IMG/VR virus record: IMGVR_UViG_3300032219_001945
Coordinates: 1 to 37,171 of that record
Origin: a virus
Lineage: Duplodnaviria; Caudoviricetes
Length of the DNA: 37,171 nucleotides
Direction: 5' to 3' (one strand)
Shown: positions 34,028 to 37,171 of the stretch, one piece after another
How the letters are laid out: the number at the start of each line of letters is the position of its first letter
How positions within the stretch are numbered: position 1 is the stretch's first letter
The notes under the pieces: model-generated
Databases searched by the model: none
Told to the model about the DNA's origin: nothing
The model's input: only the letters and a program-made list of their open reading frames with translations
Program-made: the position numbers and the translations under genes

Positions 34028-35624
34028 CTTGCGGATTCAAATTGGGATCAGCCATTTGCGGCTGGGCTTGCGGCATAGGGGCCTGCATCGCGCCTTCTGA
34101 CGCCTCGTAGCCCGCGAGTTTCTTCATCTCGCCAACAAACCACTGAGGATCAATAAACTGGCCTACAAACGGCACCAGAGCGTTCAGCCGGTCCATCTTG
34201 ATCTTGATTTCGCTCGCCTTGTCGGCTATCGTCAAACTCTCTTCGGTGACAATTACGTCAATGTCATCGGGAATAAAGTTGGCAATGTCTAACCGCTCGT
34301 CCTCTTCGTCGTTAATCCAGATGGAAACGCCCTGAATGTCAACTAGGAACGGGTCATCATCAACCACCTTCGCAAGATTCAAAACGGCAGTAATCGCCCG
34401 CCGGTACATGTAAACGCACTGGTTGGCCGCCCACGTCATTTGCGAGCTTGACCGTTGAGCAACTAGCTGGTTCTCGCCGAGCGTTCGCTTTTCGTCAGAC
34501 AGCGAGCCTTGGTCAAACTCGGTGATTCCAGCGTCGGCCCGGAACTGCTTTTCCTTTTGGTTTCGCGTGTCAAGGTGGGTCTGGTTAATCTGCGGGGCTT
34601 CGATCTTGACGTAAGGGACGCTTCCTTCTTTAACGTCTTTGCCAAGCATCAAGAATCCTGACGTTTCCCCGTCAATCAGCTTGTCGTAAGCCTCTTCGTT
34701 GATGTACTCAGGGTTGGTTAAAACGATTTCCGTCTGCGCCGCCATTGCATCCTCAGCGGCGTCCAAACGGTCTAAAGCCGCTTGTCCAGCGATGAGAGTA
34801 TCAATCAACCCCGGCGGGCGCTTGCAACCCGGAATCAAGCCAAACTCAAAGAAACAGAACGGGATACCGTCCCCTGCCAACGCCTCATGAAACACTACTT
34901 CTCCGTCTAGGTCGCCGAGCAGAACCGCTTGAGTCGGCTGTTTGCCCGCAATACCAACGTCGTAGTACCGAATAATTCGGACCTGCTGGGAAGTGTTGTC
35001 AATTATGCCGCCGTCGTAGGCAAACGTATCGATTGCCACCGCGTCACACTCGGCCTTCCCGTACAGCTTGACCGCTGTATCGTAGGCGATGTAATGGCAG
35101 AACGCAATGTAAGTCGCGTTCCCCATTGAAGCGTTTACCGGGTCCCACAAGCATCGGTTAATGGGAACGTAGCGAAGGTCCACGCCTTGCCGACCCGTGA
35201 GAGGGTTAACCTTTGGGAATATTTCGCAGACGCCATTGCCGAACGCCACCCCATCAATGAACGCCGGGGCAAACTCTTGAATCCATTCCCCGCGAGTGGC
35301 GCGAACTCTCCAATACTCTTTTAGGATCGTCGAGTCAATCCGTGACAGGTTAGGGAAGTCAGGCTCGGGCAGTTTGCCCATGACCTTCGTTTTGAGTAGT
35401 TGAAGCGCGTTGGCAATCCGCATGTTGCGCCCAACCAGCTTGTACGTTCGCTGGAGCGGTGGAAAATCGGGAAACTGCTTACCGCCCCAATCGGGAGACA
35501 TGCCCGCCGCTTCTGGGTCTGGCCCGTATGCCGCGACTGTTTTATTCCAGACGGACTGATAGTAAGACAGATCGTATGCCGCCTTCAAGCGGGAGTGAAT
35601 CTCTGCCTTAGAACTGAGTGCCAT
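34011..35624 (-). CDS. Portal protein (P22-like)
   Basis: 537 aa near terL; D...FGNGV....CLWDP...GITEFDQG...RTLGE pattern; Q/P/M-rich tail. Confidence 0.8.
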   Translation of the reverse strand: MALSSKAEIHSRLKAAYDLSYYQSVWNKTVAAYGPDPEAAGMSPDWGGKQFPDFPPLQRTYKLVGRNMRIANALQLLKTKVMGKLPEPDFPNLSRIDSTILKEYWRVRATRGEWIQEFAPAFIDGVAFGNGVCEIFPKVNPLTGRQGVDLRYVPINRCLWDPVNASMGNATYIAFCHYIAYDTAVKLYGKAECDAVAIDTFAYDGGIIDNTSQQVRIIRYYDVGIAGKQPTQAVLLGDLDGEVVFHEALAGDGIPFCFFEFGLIPGCKRPPGLIDTLIAGQAALDRLDAAEDAMAAQTEIVLTNPEYINEEAYDKLIDGETSGFLMLGKDVKEGSVPYVKIEAPQINQTHLDTRNQKEKQFRADAGITEFDQGSLSDEKRTLGENQLVAQRSSSQMTWAANQCVYMYRRAITAVLNLAKVVDDDPFLVDIQGVSIWINDEEDERLDIANFIPDDIDVIVTEESLTIADKASEIKIKMDRLNALVPFVGQFIDPQWFVGEMKKLAGYEASEGAMQAPMPQAQPQMADPNLNPQAMAPA

Positions 35625-35911
35625 TACTTTGCTTCGTGCTTGCTTTGCAATGCCTTGGGCATGTGCGATTCTTTAACCTTGAACTCTGCCCGCTTTTCGG
35701 GAGTCAGTTCGTTCAAAAACTTCTGATTGAGTTGCGCGTGTTTGAACTCTGCCGAGGTCTGATCTTCCAGCACCCGGCTAACATCAGAACGGAACGGCTG
35801 CGGAACCCGCCACGTAGGGCATCCACAAGCCTCGCACGCGACGGTTTCATTGACGCCCGCGAGATAATCACCTTCGTGACCGTTCGCACACGCTAAACGG
35901 TAGACCGGCAT
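35624..35911 (-). CDS. FmdB-like zinc-ribbon protein
   Basis: MPVYRLACANGH...CEACG...RV. Confidence 0.7.
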   Translation of the reverse strand: MPVYRLACANGHEGDYLAGVNETVACEACGCPTWRVPQPFRSDVSRVLEDQTSAEFKHAQLNQKFLNELTPEKRAEFKVKESHMPKALQSKHEAK

Positions 35912-36426
35912 TACTCCACCCCGAACCAAGTCTTGATTTGGTCGAACGTCGCTTCCCATTTCTCGCTCAGTAGCTCGATCTCCGGCGTGTTGGCGAACTC
36001 CGTTTCCAGCGGTAATAGCTTTGCCTCAATCGCCTTCAGTTGGCCCGCCATCTCGTTCGTTGGGTCCATGTTGGGATCGTGGTCGATAAGCTGTTGGAAC
36101 ATCTTCGCTTGCGAACGCAACCCCTGCAATTCGGGCTGCAATTGTCGTCGAAGCTCTTGCACTCGACACCACTCGCCCCAGTTGATGTCGTGGTACAGAA
36201 TCACCTTCTTTTCGGTTATGGACTTGACAACCCGGAATCGTCCACCCTTACCGTCACTCTTCTGTTCCTGCGTCGTGATCCACTGCCGGTAGCTAGTTGA
36301 AACCTGCGTACCCATCGCGGTAACAAACAGAATCCAACCCACACCCGTAAAGTCGGCTGGATTGAAGTTGAACGGCCAATTACCGGCGGCTTCTGAGTCG
36401 TTTGATTTCTTTGAGTTTCTGCTCAT
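35911..36426 (-). CDS. Hypothetical protein (171 aa)
   Basis: ORF between terL and the zinc-ribbon gene with a coiled-coil C-terminal half. Confidence 0.6.
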   Translation of the reverse strand: MSRNSKKSNDSEAAGNWPFNFNPADFTGVGWILFVTAMGTQVSTSYRQWITTQEQKSDGKGGRFRVVKSITEKKVILYHDINWGEWCRVQELRRQLQPELQGLRSQAKMFQQLIDHDPNMDPTNEMAGQLKAIEAKLLPLETEFANTPEIELLSEKWEATFDQIKTWFGVE

Positions 36427-37048
36427 AAAGGTATTCCGTACTGCCTATGTTGTAGCGTCTTGGATCAACCGGCGGCTTATCTCCCGTCGCCTTCCAAAGG
36501 AAAGTATACGCGTCACTGGAAGCGTCTACTTGGTCGTCTGTTTCGCCTTTCTCGTCTCCCGTGAACTGCGAGAGCTGAAACTTGTAATCGTTGTTCCAAG
36601 GCCCGCGAACAATCGTCACATTGCCAGCGTTCATCTGGCTTGCGTACCCTTGTGCCCGCAGTTTTTTGGCCTTGTGCGGTCGCTGAGTGCTTACCGAACA
36701 ATCTTTCGGGAACACGTTGGACACAAGCCCCAGCACCACCTCTTTACCAGCGGCGGGATCTTCGGGAATCACAATACTAACGTTCGTACCGTCCGCGATT
36801 GCGGTATCCCGCATCAGCACGTTTCGCTCGTGAATGTCAAGGTTTACGCAAATCACGTCCAGCACGTAAAAGTGGCCGAGATTGTCCCGCCCCATCTTTA
36901 CGCCTACTGTGGCGTCTCCGCTCTTGGTATAGCCTAGGTCCCAAGCTCTAACCACCGCAACCATGTATGGCGTCTGAGATAGTCCCACAACGGGGCACAT
37001 CTCCGGGTTGAAGAAGTCGCCTTCCGCGATTGCGTCCCAATCGCCTTT
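36380..37048 (-). CDS. terL: Terminase large subunit, C-terminal nuclease half
   Basis: KGDWD...RAWDLGYTKSGDATVGVKM...K.LRAQ.YASQ.NAGNV...DDQVDASSDAY matches the RNase H-like terminase nuclease motifs. The joined protein is about 455 aa. Confidence 0.92.
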   Translation of the reverse strand, partial: KGDWDAIAEGDFFNPEMCPVVGLSQTPYMVAVVRAWDLGYTKSGDATVGVKMGRDNLGHFYVLDVICVNLDIHERNVLMRDTAIADGTNVSIVIPEDPAAGKEVVLGLVSNVFPKDCSVSTQRPHKAKKLRAQGYASQMNAGNVTIVRGPWNNDYKFQLSQFTGDEKGETDDQVDASSDAYTFLWKATGDKPPVDPRRYNIGSTEYLYEQKLKEIKRLRSRR

Positions 37049-37171
37049 CTGGAGCTGTGACCGAAGTAGCGGCGTTAGTAGCGATAGAGCCGCATCGTAC
37101 TCTTCAACGTCTAACGACGGATTGTCAGCGGCAACAGCTGGAACGAACGGACGCGACGGGCAACCCGGTGA
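37049..37171. repeat. Terminal direct repeat, right copy (circular assembly overlap)
   Basis: Identical to 1-123. Confidence 0.97.

Noticed and set aside
1-37171. Stop-codon reassignment, tRNA genes, integrase or DNA polymerase
   Set aside because: Genes are intact and densely packed under the standard code with all three stops used; no cloverleaf or relevant catalytic motifs were recognised by eye.

Overview
The window is a complete, circularly permuted tailed-phage genome: bases 1-123 are repeated exactly at 37049-37171, giving a unique length of 37,048 bp, and the large terminase gene reads in frame across the junction. The morphogenesis module on the minus strand is podovirus-like: TerS, TerL, zinc-ribbon protein, portal, scaffold, major capsid protein, adaptor, an enlarged nozzle, three ejection-type proteins (one of 2013 aa), tail spike and fibre genes, holin-like genes and an HTH-metallophosphoesterase. 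The early and replication genes include a Zn-TOPRIM-AAA primase-helicase, an ECF-type sigma factor, a RuvC-like resolvase, a RecT/Bet-like annealase, SSB, an HNH-AP2 endonuclease, HTH and RHH regulators and many small orphan genes. I recognised no integrase, DNA polymerase, endolysin, tRNA or CRISPR array. The most striking signals are: (1) an HNH-AP2 endonuclease apparently inserted into ssb, bringing a recoded replacement 3' end, while the displaced SSB C-terminus stays fused in frame to the nuclease; (2) a shared acidic 'YDP' C-terminal motif on four DNA-metabolism proteins; (3) a doubled inverted-repeat array at the helicase stop codon (candidate origin); (4) single-gene cassettes bounded by short direct repeats at gene junctions. 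All calls come from reading motifs by eye; no database searches were run.
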